Source: Chiloscyllium plagiosum
Lineage: Eukaryota
Direction of reading: 5' to 3'
Length of the DNA stretch: 64,000 bases
NCBI RefSeq assembly: GCF_004010195.1
Contig: NC_057719.1
Coordinates: 93,263,946 to 93,327,945, forward strand
Part shown: in pieces, positions 35,847 through 47,253 of the stretch
Position numbering within the stretch: position 1 is the stretch's first letter
How the letters are laid out: every line of letters starts with the position of its first letter
The notes under the pieces: model-generated
The model's database searches: none
What the model was told of the DNA's origin: nothing
Seen by the model: only the letters and a program-made list of their open reading frames with translations
Translations under genes and position numbers: made by a program

Positions 35847-37350
35847 CTGGATGGTATTTACCCTCGGATCCTCTGGGAAGCTGGGGCGGAGATTGCCTAG
35901 CCTTTGGCATTGATCTTTAAATCGTCATTTTGTAGAGGAATAGTGCCAGAAGGCAGAGGATAGCAAATGTGGTTCTCCTGTTCAAAAAGGGGAGTAGAGA
36001 CAATCTTGGTAATTATACACCATTTGAGCCTCATGTCAGTTGTTGGTAACGTGTTGGAAAATGTTATAAGAGATAGGATTTATTATCATCTAGAAAAGAA
36101 TAATTTGATTCTGGATAGTCAGCACGGTTTTGTGAAAGGGAGGTCGTGCCTCACAAACATTATTGAGTTCATTGAGAAGGTGACCAAACAGGGAGATGAG
36201 AGTAAACCGATTGATGTGGTCGATATGGCTTTCAGCAAGGTATTCGGTAAGGTTCCACACAGTAGGTTATTGTACAAAATGCGGACGAATGGAATTGTGA
36301 GAGATATAGCGGTTTGGATCAATAATTGGCTTGCTGAAAGAAATCGGAGGGTGGTGGTTTATGGGGAAATGTTCATCCTGGAGTCCAATTATCAATGGTA
36401 TACCGCAAGGGTCGGTGTTGGGTCGACTGCTGTTCGTCATTCTTTAAACGTCCTGGATGAGACCGTAGAAGGGTAGGTTAGTAAATTTGCAGATGACACT
36501 AAGGTCGGTGGAGTTTTGGATAGTGACGAAGGATGTAATAGGTTACAGGGAGACATAGATGAGCTACAGAGCTGGGCTGAGAGGTGGCAAATGGAGCTTA
36601 ATGCCGATAAGTGTGAGGTGTTTCATTTTGGCTGGAGTAACCAGAATGCAAAGTACTGGGCTAATGGTTTGATTCTTGGTAGTGTAGTTGAGCAGAGGGA
36701 TCTCGGTGTCCAGGTACATAGATCCTTGAAAGTTGCCACCCAGGTAGACAGGGTTGTTAAGTAGGCATACAGTGTTTTAGCTTTTATTAATAGAGGGATC
36801 GAGTTCTGGAACTATGAGGTTATGCTACAGCTGTACAAAACTCTAGTGCAGCTGCACTTGGAGTATTGTGTACAGTTCTGGTCACCGCATTAGAAGATGA
36901 ATGTGGAAGATTTGGGAAAGGGTGCCGAGGAGATTTACTAGGGTATTTCCTGGTATGGAGGGAAGGTTGAGGGACTTGAGACTGTTTTCGTTAGAGAGAA
37001 GGAGGTTGAGATGTAACTTAATAGAGACATGCAAGATAATCAGAGGGTTAGATCGTTTCGACAGGGAGAGCATTTTCCCAAGAATGGTGACGGCGAGCAC
37101 GAGGAGGCATAGCATCAAACTGAAGTGTGATAGATAGAGGGCACATGTCCGTGGTAGTTTCTTTACTCAGGGAATAGTAATGGTATGGAATGCTTTGCCT
37201 GCAACGGTAGTAGATTCGCCAAATGTAAGTACATTTAAGTTGTCATTGGACAATCATATGGATGTACATGGAATAGTGTAGTTTAGATGGGCTTCAGATT
37301 GTATGACAGGTCGGCGCAACATCGAGGGCCGAAGGGCCTTTACTATGCTC
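35847..37350 (+). mobile_element. CR1 RT to 3' tail
   Basis: SQHGFVKGRSCLTN, KFADDT, (tatgttc)n tail. Confidence 0.95.
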
Positions 37351-37374
37351 TTCTATGTTCTATGTTCTATAGTC

Positions 37375-39452
37375 TGCTGGACCAGACAGGATGCGCCCAA
37401 AGTTACTAGAGGAAGCGTGGAAAGTGATCGTTGCACCTTTGGCGATCACCTTTGCTCCCTCACTGTCCATTGGAGTCTTACCAGATGTTTGGAGGGTGGC
37501 AAACATTGTTGGCTTGAGAATGTGACAAAACACATTTATGGCTCATTGAGAAAGTAAGGAGGAATGGGATGCAGGAAACCTACCTGACTGGATACAGAAT
37601 TCCTGGCCCTCAGAAGACAGAGTGTGGTGATAGATGGAAAACATTCAGCCTGCAGCTCGATGACCAGTGGTGTTCAGCAGGATTTGAACTCGGGACCTCT
37701 GCTCCTTGTAACTTTTCAAATGACTTGGATGTGGATCTTCAAGAGTGAGTTAGTGAGTTTGCAGAGGACAGGAAACTTGGTGGTGGAGTGGACAATGTGT
37801 CGTGTTATTGTAGGTTGGAACAGAACATTGACAGGATGCAGAGCGTGGTTGAGAATTGGCAGATGGAGGTCAATCTGGAAAAGTGCGAAGTGATTCAGTT
37901 TGGAAGGTCGAATTTGAATGCAGAATACAGGGTTAAAGGTAGGATTGTTGGCAATGTGGAGAAACAGAGGGATTTTGGGTTCCACATCCATAAATCCATC
38001 GAAGTTGCCATGCAACTTGATACAGCTGTCAAGAAGGAATACATTGTGTGGCTTTCATGAGATGGGGGATTGGATTTTAAAGCTGTGAGGTCATGCTGCA
38101 GCTCTATGGACCCCTCTTAGAATATTGTGTTCAGTGTTGTTCCCTTCATTACAGGAAGAATGTGGAAGCTTTAGAGAGGGTAAAGAGGAGATTGACCAGG
38201 ATGTTGCCTGGATTGGAGAGCATGCCTACTGAAGGAATTTTGAGGGAGTTAAGGATTTTCTGATTGGAGTGAAGAAAGGTGAGTGGCGATCTGGTAGAGG
38301 GGAAGAAGATGATGGGGCACAGAGAGAGTGAATAGTGAGATTGTTTTCCTGTGCATAAATGGCTATTACGAGGGGCCTTAATTTTAAGGCGATTGGAAGA
38401 TGGTTAAGGAACAATTTCCGAGGTTGGTTTCTTACACACTGAGTGGTAGGTGGTTGGAATGCACTGCAAGCGGTGGTAGGATGTAAGATACATTAGGGAC
38501 ATTTAATATACTCTTGGACAGACACATGGATGATCGTAAACTAAAGAGTGGGTAGGTTCGTTTGATCTTGCATTCGCATAAAAGAATGGCATGGCATCAT
38601 GGCCGAAGGGTCTTGTGCTGTACTGTTTTGTGTTCTACGTTCCGTATGGTAAACTGGGTAATAGGCTCAGATCTGTGTAACAGGCTATGGCATTCAGGAG
38701 GAGCTAGTCAACTGGATACACAATTGCCTTGATGGTAGGAGACAGAGGGTGATGGGAGGTATGTTGTTTTCTCACTGGAGGCATGTAACCAGCGGTGTAA
38801 TGGGTCCATTGTTGTTTGTTTTTTCTTTTCTGAAGTGGGTTGGATCGGAATATTGATTTCCTGGATAGTACGTTTTTTGGGTCATACTGAAATAGGTGGC
38901 AAAGTGGACATAGAAGAACGTTCGATGATAAAACAGGATGAACAGTACTGCTGGGATAGTGGGCTGAACAAAAGCAGAAGGAGTTTAATTGGATAAATGT
39001 GAAGTGTTCCATTTTGGCGAATTAAATCAGGGTGGGTTTTGTACAGATAATGTTCAGCCCCTGGGTAGTGTTGTCAATCAGGGACCCATGGATGCAGGTA
39101 CACAGTTCTTTGAAAGTGGTGTCACAGGTAGACAGGCTGGTGCAGCAGACGTTTTTAATGGCTACCTTCATTGGTCAGAGCATTGAGTGTAGGAGTAGGG
39201 ATGTCATGTTGTGTCTGAACAAGACATTGGGGTAGGCCACCATAAAGACACTGTTTATCAGTAGGAAGAACTCATCAGGTTCACTTACGTCCTTTAGGGA
39301 AGGACATCTGACATTCTAACCTGGTCTGGCATACATGTGACTCCAGATCCACAACAATGTGGCTGACTCTGAGCTACCTTCTGGACAATTAGCTGTGGGG
39401 CAAAGAATGCTGGCTAAATCAGTGACATTGTCATCCCATGAATGAATAAATA
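37375..39452 (+). mobile_element. Two CR1 fragments and a SINE/LINE tail
   Basis: WQMEVNLEKCEVIQFG with a tail at about 38640; second copy DKCEVFHFG; tail paralogous to 31850-32032. Confidence 0.88.
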
Positions 39453-39699
39453 AAAATACATATGCCCCTCCCTACCTCTGCAAACACCTCAGCTGCAGCA
39501 ATTCGTACTGGTTTTGTAACACTGTTCAGGCCCTGACCACTCTCTGTAACATTCTCAACAACTCCAGCAATTCACCTCTCCCTGTTCCTATCATGCCAAT
39601 GATTCCCCTTCCCGCTGTCCTCCACATGCTAGCAGACCCATTGCAATTCCTTTAAAACTTACTCCTAAAATACTGTCTCACTTCAGGACTTTCAGTATT

Positions 39700-40820
39700 T
39701 TCTGGTGATCTTCTCTGCCTCATAATCTAATATGATACATTTTGTCCTGAGTGATGGACTGGTGGGAAATTCTTGCTGAAGTTTTCTCTGTTTCAATGGA
39801 ATGTCCTTTTGTTGAGTGTTTTACACTGTTCCTTCAAATGTTATCCACTATTCATTTACAGACACATGTTTCAGTCTGTTTAGCCTATTTACCTTGGTCA
39901 GTTCTCTCACACTCATGTTACTGGCTATTTTTGTTTCTAATTGCACCTTGTCCTTTAAAACTTTATATTGCATTAAATTGCACTTTATCACAATATCCCG
40001 GAGGAACTCTCCACGGAACATTACTCATTCACTGAGTTTTATCACAGAAGGGTCGATCTGAGTTAGTACCGTTCCTAGCCAATTGGACAATACGTTATCA
40101 AAAAAAGTTGAAAAGAAAAGTCTGCAAAATCCTCTTCCAATATCAATGCTGTCAGTGTGATTGTCCCAGATTATACCAATATCGAAGTTTCCCAAAATTA
40201 TCACAATGCCTTTGTGAAAAAATTCCAATGGATTCCAGTTTAATGCAGTGATGAGCAATGAAATGTTTTAAGGTGGCTAATACTGTTCCGCAGCTTGTGC
40301 CTCTGGCAGGTAATAGCCAGAAGTTACATTCAGACTGATTCTACTTCATGATCTGAGGCCAAATGCTTTCTCTGTAATGTCTTTGTTATCCATTATTGTT
40401 AGCGTTTTCCATTTTGACAGAGTTTGCGTAAGGTTGTGAAACATTGAATGTCTAAGTTCCACCTTTTGTACGCCCTGAAACCATGTCTCTCTGGTGTCTA
40501 AATCTCTTTTATCTCTGTGTCACAAATCCATCTACCTTATTGAAAAGACTTCGTCCATTCGAAAATAAAACTCTTTCCCACAATTTCCTGTCACAAACGG
40601 ATTCGCTGATGTACATTTCTAGGTAATCCCTGCCCCTTCCTATTTCTTTCTGCTTGTCTTCGGCCCCATTCCCATGCTGTTCGGATGCTTCATATTTTTT
40701 CTTTGGATGTGGAAAACTCCTTTCACCTGAACCCTGTCCCTGCATGTTCCATGTCAGTTTAAACCCTGTCCATAAACCTACTGACATGATTGACCAGGAC
40801 ACTGGTCCCAACATGGTTCC
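39700..40820 (-). mobile_element. Old CR1 ORF1/APE fragment
   Basis: LFSNGRSLFNKVD and IVIILGNFD motifs. Confidence 0.7.
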
Positions 40821-40849
40821 AATGGATTATATTTTAACTCAGGTATGGG

Positions 40850-41086
40850 ATGTGGGTGTCTCCGGGGTGATTCCCCTATAACCTGCTGCAGAGCAGTCTC
40901 GCAGCCACAGGATCCAGCATCAATGCTGAGCACTATATTGACTATGTACAAAAGAGCTGCCCCCTCTGCCTGGCTGTGTCCTGTCAGTGGGACAGAACCT
41001 ACCAGAGTAGATGGTGATGTTGCCTGGTGATGTCCTGTTCACATAATCCTGCTTCAGAGGCAATATCTAACTGTAGCTTGATTAGT
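40850..41086 (-). pseudogene. Decayed V-set exon, 5' part
   Basis: Acceptor ttgtatatttcccacag; CEQDITRQHHHLLW*; RTQPGRG.QLF. Confidence 0.45.
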
Positions 41087-41293
41087 CTGTGGGAAATATA
41101 CAACAGGTCACTTTTAACATTTGTATATTAAAGATTTAATATCACTTTGTTTCTTATATATTTTAAAATAAACCAAACATTTTTGGTTTTTCCGTTGAAA
41201 ACAATTGAAGTGAAAAATAATTAAATTACCAGAGTACGCAGATAACCATTACACAATTCAGTGACATGAGTAAACAGCTGATTGATATTCAGA

Positions 41294-41545
41294 TCAGTGA
41301 ACACACCATCTTGCAGGCAGCAAAGCCACTGAAGATGACTTTGAGAAAAAAAGCCTGAATTCAGTCACAGTCTTATTGGGCCTCACCATGACCTCCAAGG
41401 CACTGGCCATCTCCATAATCTGTTCAGAGAGCTTCCAAACTGTTGCTGGGCTGTTACTGATACAATGCCTCACAACAGACTGATTAGAGACATAGCTGAA
41501 CAACGGGGAGATATGTGTTGGTGCAGATTGGTCAATGGACAACAG
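41294..41545 (-). pseudogene. Possible V-set remnant
   Basis: SIDQS...QSVVRHC...VW..EQ...ALEVM within ORF 41294-41602. Confidence 0.3.
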
Positions 41546-41578
41546 CATAGCACTTGTTCTGACGCAGTTCGACATTTG

Positions 41579-41978
41579 TAACAATGACCTGTCAACAACC
41601 ATGTCTTGAAGTATATCTGTTCTGGTGTGCCACCTAAACTCTGTAATTCTGCGCCTTGGACCCGATCCTGAATGAAGGTGTTATAAAGGTGATGGACTCC
41701 TGCAGCAATTGGCATCTTACATTGAATCCCTCATGCAATGTATGTTTAGCTCCATAATGTCAGTATCCAAACAGAATTTTACAACTGCATTGATGGCCAG
41801 TATGATCGAAGCCCAATGACCTTGTGTGTGACTTGTGCTGGAAATTTCTGTGTGAATGGTTGCAGCATTGTTATTACCATTAACAGCAAAGCTTCTTTGC
41901 TGAAGTTTCGATAACCTTTCTTAAAGATGAAAACAGTGCACAACTCACAGTAAGGAGAATTGAAATGACGAATCTCAT
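41579..41978 (-). pseudogene. Decayed leader plus VJ-type exon
   Basis: MRFVISILLT|gtgagt (41978-41949); acceptor tcatctttaag; SKLQQRSFAV..NAATIHTEISSTS..HW; EGFNVR; RV*VA..RYTSRHGC*QVIVT. Confidence 0.6.
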
Positions 41979-42065
41979 TACTACACCGAAGGACAAATTA
42001 TTATTAAGTGCAAGGACTTTGAAAATATACAATTATTTTCCTTGCATTAATATTGTAAACTAATA

Positions 42066-42460
42066 GTCGACTCTCCTGCTCCTCAGATGCTGCCTGAAGG
42101 GCTGTGCTTTTTCAGAACCATACTTTTTGACTCTGATCTCCAGCATTTGCAGTCCTCATTGTCTCCCTGCCAAAATTCATTCATAATCATTTTCGTGGCA
42201 ACAATATCTCTGTATGTTAAAACATGTTACAGTCAGATATGAGTACAATTTCATTTGATTCTGTCTATCTCAGAGCTCAGTAATGTGGTATGTGAATGTC
42301 AGTGTCTGTGTGATGCTCGGTATGTAGGCCATGCGTCTGAGAGACTGACAGATTATTTCAAACAGCATATCCTTTCAGATGTTCACAGCATGCAGGTTAC
42401 TCCCTAGACCAAACCAGCCTGAGCTCACAAAACGCAAAGCACAGGGTCCAGCACTGGGCA
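42066..42460 (+). mobile_element. PLE tail (42066-42170) and GIY-YIG fragment (42280-42460)
   Basis: gtcgactctcctgctcctcagatgctgcctga tail; SNVVCECQCLCDARYVGH..RL..YFKQH. Confidence 0.75.
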
Positions 42461-42979
42461 TGTTGGACAGTATTTTTCATTTTAATTTATTCATGGAATG
42501 TAACTGGGCCAGTATTTATTGCCTGTCCCTTGTTGCCCTTGAGAAGTTGGTGGTGAGCTGTCACAATGACCCACTGCAGTCGATGTGCTGTCGGTAGACT
42601 TACAATACCATTCGGGAGGGACCTTGAAACAGTCACACTGAAGGAACAGCAAGATACTTGCCAATCAGGACGGTGGGTGAACAGAACATGAACATGGTGA
42701 GAGTCCCATATATCTACTTCCCTTATCCTTCTTGTTCGTTGTTTCAGAGATTCATTGTAAGAGGCTTTGGTAAATTTCTGCAGAGCATTGCTGCTACTGA
42801 ATGTCAGGGGGTGAGGGGTGAAGCTGCACTCAGTCAGACAAATGGTTGGTATTCCATCACACGCACTTACAATGTGTGTCTCATAGATGGTTGGTTGTCT
42901 TTCGGAAACCATAGGGTAAGTTATTTCTGCACGATTCCTAGCCCTGGACATATTCTTGGAACAAATTAATTTATATGCG

Positions 42980-43070
42980 TCAAAGTGTGGTGTTGGAAAA
43001 GCACAACATGTCAGGCAGCATCTGAGGTACAGGAGAGTCGACGTTTCAGCATAAGCCATTCACAGGAATG
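42980..43070 (-). mobile_element. PLE tail
   Basis: Reverse complement of gaaacgtcgactctcctg...gatgctgcctgac. Confidence 0.75.
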
Positions 43071-43554
43071 GGTAATGATATTATATGATCAGTCCAGTTC
43101 TGGTTAACGGTAGTCGCCGGGATATTGCTAGGTGGGTGTTCAGCGGATGGTGGTGGCATTCACAGTTAGAGGATATGGTTCAATTTTCTATTGTTAGAGG
43201 TAACCGTTGTCTGGCACATGTGTAATAGAAATGATAACTTGTTATTTGTAAGCACGCACATGCATATTTCCAGGTTCTGTTGCATTTGCATAAGGACTGC
43301 TTCATTATCTGAGTAAATGGTGTTGAACATTGTCCAATCATTGGCAAACATCCCCACTTGTGACGTTACAGTGTATGGATGGTCATTTATGATACAACTA
43401 AAAATTATTGGGCCAAGAGCGGAGAGCACTCTTATAACTCACTGATGCTGTCCCTCTCCCTGAGCTAGGAATCTTGCTTCTTGTTTCACCTGCTCCAGAG
43501 GTGTTTAACAACATATCTGAAGGAAATAATATTACAGTATCTACACCAAAGTGC

Positions 43555-43785
43555 TGAGTGTGGACGCAGTTAGCGCAACCATTTGGATGATTGGCTTGTA
43601 GTGCAGATTAATGCCAGCAGTGTGGGTTCAATTCCTGCACTAACTGAGAGAACTGTTAGTACTCAACCTCGTCCATACTTGAGAAATGATAACTGTCCAG
43701 TTAAACTACTACCAGTCGTCTCTGTCCAACGAGAGAGCAGATCTATCATCCCATAGGAGTGTGATGCCCTACCTTTCCATTTCTG
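43555..43785 (+). mobile_element. tRNA-derived SINE
   Basis: A-box-like gttagcgcaac and B box gggttcaattcc, with an (accttt)-type tail. Confidence 0.65.
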
Positions 43786-45256
43786 ATTTCCAGGTTTAGC
43801 CAGAAACCCCTCCCCTGGGGAACTGCTGCAGAGCTGAGTTGGCTGCTCTCCCCAAACCCCAGTCACTTTCCTTTGTACAGGTGTAACTTCCGCCAGTACA
43901 GACGTTTCCTATTTGATCCAGCTTTGATATGAATCCTGAATATGGCACGAGGTCAAATGCAGTTATGATGCTGTTAAGTGCTGTCATTGGGCCTCCACTC
44001 AGATTTAAACTGTTTTTGTTTGTTGGCCACCTTTAAACCAAGGCTTCATTGAGCTCAGGGAATGCGTGGCCTTGGCAGAGGCCAAAATGAGCTTACATCA
44101 GTAGGTTGATGCTGAGAAAGTGCTCCTTAAAACCACTGTAGATGACGCCTTCCATCACTTTATCAATGATAGGGATTAAAGCAATGGGGTAGTCATTGAT
44201 TGTCTGATGTTTTGTCTGTGTATGTACTGGATATATCTGGATAGTTTCCCACATTGTCAGGTCGATGCCAGTGCTGTATCCTAGCATGAACAGCTTGTAT
44301 GGAATGTTATCAGGGCCACAGCTTTTGCATTATCCAATCCCGCCAGCCACCTGTGGGTACCACATGAAATGTTTTGGATTAGCTGAAGACTGCCATCTGG
44401 AAGAGACTAAAATAGATCATCCCACCAACCGATCTGTCTGAATATTGCTGTGAATGTTTCAGCCTTAGCTTTTCTATTGTTGTGCTGGGCTCTTCCATCT
44501 TTCCGGAAGGTGTTTTTTTTATATCTTCCTCCTCCAGTGAGTTGTCTGATTGTCCACCATTCACCCTGATTGCATGTAACAGGATTGCAGAGATGAGGTC
44601 TGATTTGTTGGTTAGATCTGTCTGTCACTTGAAGCTTACTCTATCTGGTGAGTAAATGGCCCAAATTGTGAGTTGTCCCTCGTGCTGCTCTTTGCAAGTC
44701 CTCCTGTATTCTCTCTTGAAAAAAGCTTTATCCCCGACGCGATTTTTACAGTAAAGTGGAGCATATGCCAACAGTGACTGTGAAAATTGTGCTGGAGTAC
44801 AATTTTGCTGCTTTGGTAATGTTGGGGTGTGTCTGTATGGGATACTCTTCGTAGAGTTGGTATGGACTTGCTTGGCCGAAGGGCATGTTTCCACACTGTA
44901 GGGACTTTATGAATTTTATGATTCATCTCCCATAGCCCAAAGCAGAGTTAGTAAAGTTTTCCCGTTTAATATGGTGATACAGAGAATATTCACAACGTAA
45001 AAGTGGGATTTTGTCTCCAGAAATATAGGTTGTGGTATTCATTGTTCCTAGTAAGGTCATCGATCAATGTGTCTGCAGTCCGTAGATTGGTGAGGATGAG
45101 ATCAAAGATGTTTCTCCCCACCTGGTGCAGGCACAGTCTCACAGCTATGTCCTTTTTGGTGTTTAGAAATGTCCCACCCAGTACACTTTTTCCAGCTTTA
45201 TCAGTCTCTCAGTGCTTCCTCCAAGTGTTGTTCAATGTCGAAGAACACTGATCCAT

Positions 45257-45435
45257 GAAGCTGAAGGAGGGGAGTCGGCAAGAGGTTTCTGTGTCAGTGT
45301 TTAATCTGAACACCGTGAGGCTGAGGGAGCGAGTCAGCAGGAGGTTTTCGTGTCAGTGTTTGATCTGACACCGTGAGGCTGATGGATGGGAGTCAGCAGG
45401 AGGTTTCCATGTCAGTATTTAATCTGACACTGAGG
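45257..45435. repeat. About 58-bp tandem repeat, 3 copies
   Basis: gaggctga.gga..gagtcagcaggaggttt..tgtcagtgttt.atctgacaccgt units. Confidence 0.9.
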
Positions 45436-45999
45436 TTTGTTTTTATGTCATATTGTTGCTTGAGCAGTCTGGAGGACGCCTCTCCCAAGTCTAGCCCTAG
45501 CCGCCAGACGTTGGGAAGGCACGGTTTCCAATGTCGGCAGGGCTTTTTATTATTGTTGCTATCAACCGAAGGGCCTCTCCTGTGCTGTATGAAACTGACT
45601 CTATTTCTCTTGTGATTGGACAATCCAAGGTCGCATTCCTTCAGTTCCTCCCAGTGCCTTGACTGTTCCACAGATTTCTCTAATATTTTCTCTATTAAGA
45701 CATTGCCAATTCAGTTTTTTAAATGATCTACGTGTATCTCTGTATTTTTCCATGTCATCACCTCGAACCTCTACATCCCTCCTTATCTCTCCTAATCTCA
45801 AGCTGCTACTCCTCTCCCCATATCCTGTGAATGAATTTTAAAAATATATCTAACCTGTTATAGCATGCACAGGCCACGCTATCTCTTGGCCATCTCTAGC
45901 CTTGCTTTCCTCTCTCTGTACCATCTCCAGCCTTGCTTTACTATCTCTGTAAAATCTCCGGCTTTGGTTTCCTACATTCCTCAGTTAATTGGTTATATA

Positions 46000-46348
46000 T
46001 CTGTTCTTGTATTTTCATCTTTCTGTGGGTCTATAAAATATCCATAGCAGTGTGTCTGTCATCATTTTGATCCAAATTTCGACTCACAAAGCGTCATTTG
46101 AAGATACGTCCAAAGTATCATCCACCTTTTCAGCAGTAGCTGACTCCTTAATTAATAATGCAACACCACGTCATCTTTTACACCCTGCTCCGTCCTGTCT
46201 AATGTTCCAGTGAAAGATAATGTTAAGTTGTTAGCCCCGACTTCCCTCAAACACTTCTCTGCGATGGCAAAAATGTCGCCACTCCACATGTCAACTCATT
46301 CCCTTATCACATCAGTCTGACTGATGATATTCCCAGCATTAAGGTAAG
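46000..46348 (-). mobile_element. CR1 APE fragment
   Basis: YLNAGNII..TD and GVALLIKE motifs. Confidence 0.65.
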
Positions 46349-46800
46349 CTGGAATATAACACATGGAATACTCTGTACTTTGGAGTGCGTCAGTGATTCA
46401 CTATTTCTTAACAGGCTGCCCGAACCATGAACCAAAATTGTAACTCTCAGACGGAATGTATATTTGTTGAATTGAAATATTTTAAAAATGCATTCATCAA
46501 ATGCAACTTCCAGACCTGAGCAGTCAGCCCCACAAATAATGCGTTTCTGATGGTAAATTCCCCACTCAGTCTGCAGAGGGCACAGCCCTCAGTAATTGAG
46601 AAAGTGAGAACTGCAGTTGATGGAGATCAGAATCGGAAAGTTTGGTGCTGGAAAAGCAAAGCAGGTCAGGCAGTTTCCAAGGAGTAGAGAGTCGATGTTT
46701 CAGGCATAGGCCCTTCATCAGGAAAGCACTGGTGTGTTCTTTCATTTTCATTCCGTAATTCGCAAAATGTTGGGAATCTTACTTCCTCAGGAAGTCAGCA
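46349..46800 (-). pseudogene. Possible V-set remnant interrupted by a PLE tail (46599-46725)
   Basis: LCRLSGEFTI, NFGSWFG, NSESLTHSKVQ; donor gtaaga near 46780. Confidence 0.35.
46599..46725 (-). mobile_element. PLE tail with hammerhead-like core (46694-46721)
   Basis: CTGATGA-agggc-ctat-gcct-GAAAC-ATC on the minus strand. Confidence 0.75.
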
Positions 46801-47253
46801 CTGTATGTTACTCTTAAATGTAAAGCAGTCTCTCAGTTCGTTCGACAGCGTGTGGATAAGTTGAAGGGAAGTACAGACTGATTGAAGTACAAACATAAGA
46901 TAGATAAATCCCCTGGACCATATGGAGTATCCTAGGTTACTCCAGCCAGTGACAGAAAAGATCGGTGTACATTTGGTTATAATTTTTGTCTCCTCACTGA
47001 GCACTGAAGTAGTGCCAGATGGGGAGTGGCAAATGTTATTGCCTTGTTTGGGAAAGGGAATACGGATAACCCTGGGACTGACAGAACAAGCTATCTTACA
47101 TCAGTGGTGGGCAAAGTATTGGAGATGATTCTGAGAGACAGGATTTATAATTACTTAGAAAATCATAGTTTGATTAGTGATAGTCAGCATGGCTTTGTGA
47201 TGAGCATGTCATGCCTCACAAACATTATTGAATTCTTTGAAATGTGAAAAAAA

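Larger units (their letters stand above)
42480..45700 (-). mobile_element. Long decayed CR1-clade LINE (second family) with nested insertions
   Basis: LGPIIFSCIIND...GMFAND, TAFDLV, YPIALIPII, and a 3' tail at 42480-42560. Confidence 0.8.

Noticed and set aside
43430..43895. IgH-like GGSYTC...QQFPRGG
   Set aside because: The adjacent frame reads LINE RT (KRLYW...SAAVPQG), continuous with the surrounding element.
45257..45435. CRISPR-like repeat array
   Set aside because: Eukaryotic context and contiguous tandem units without unique spacers.
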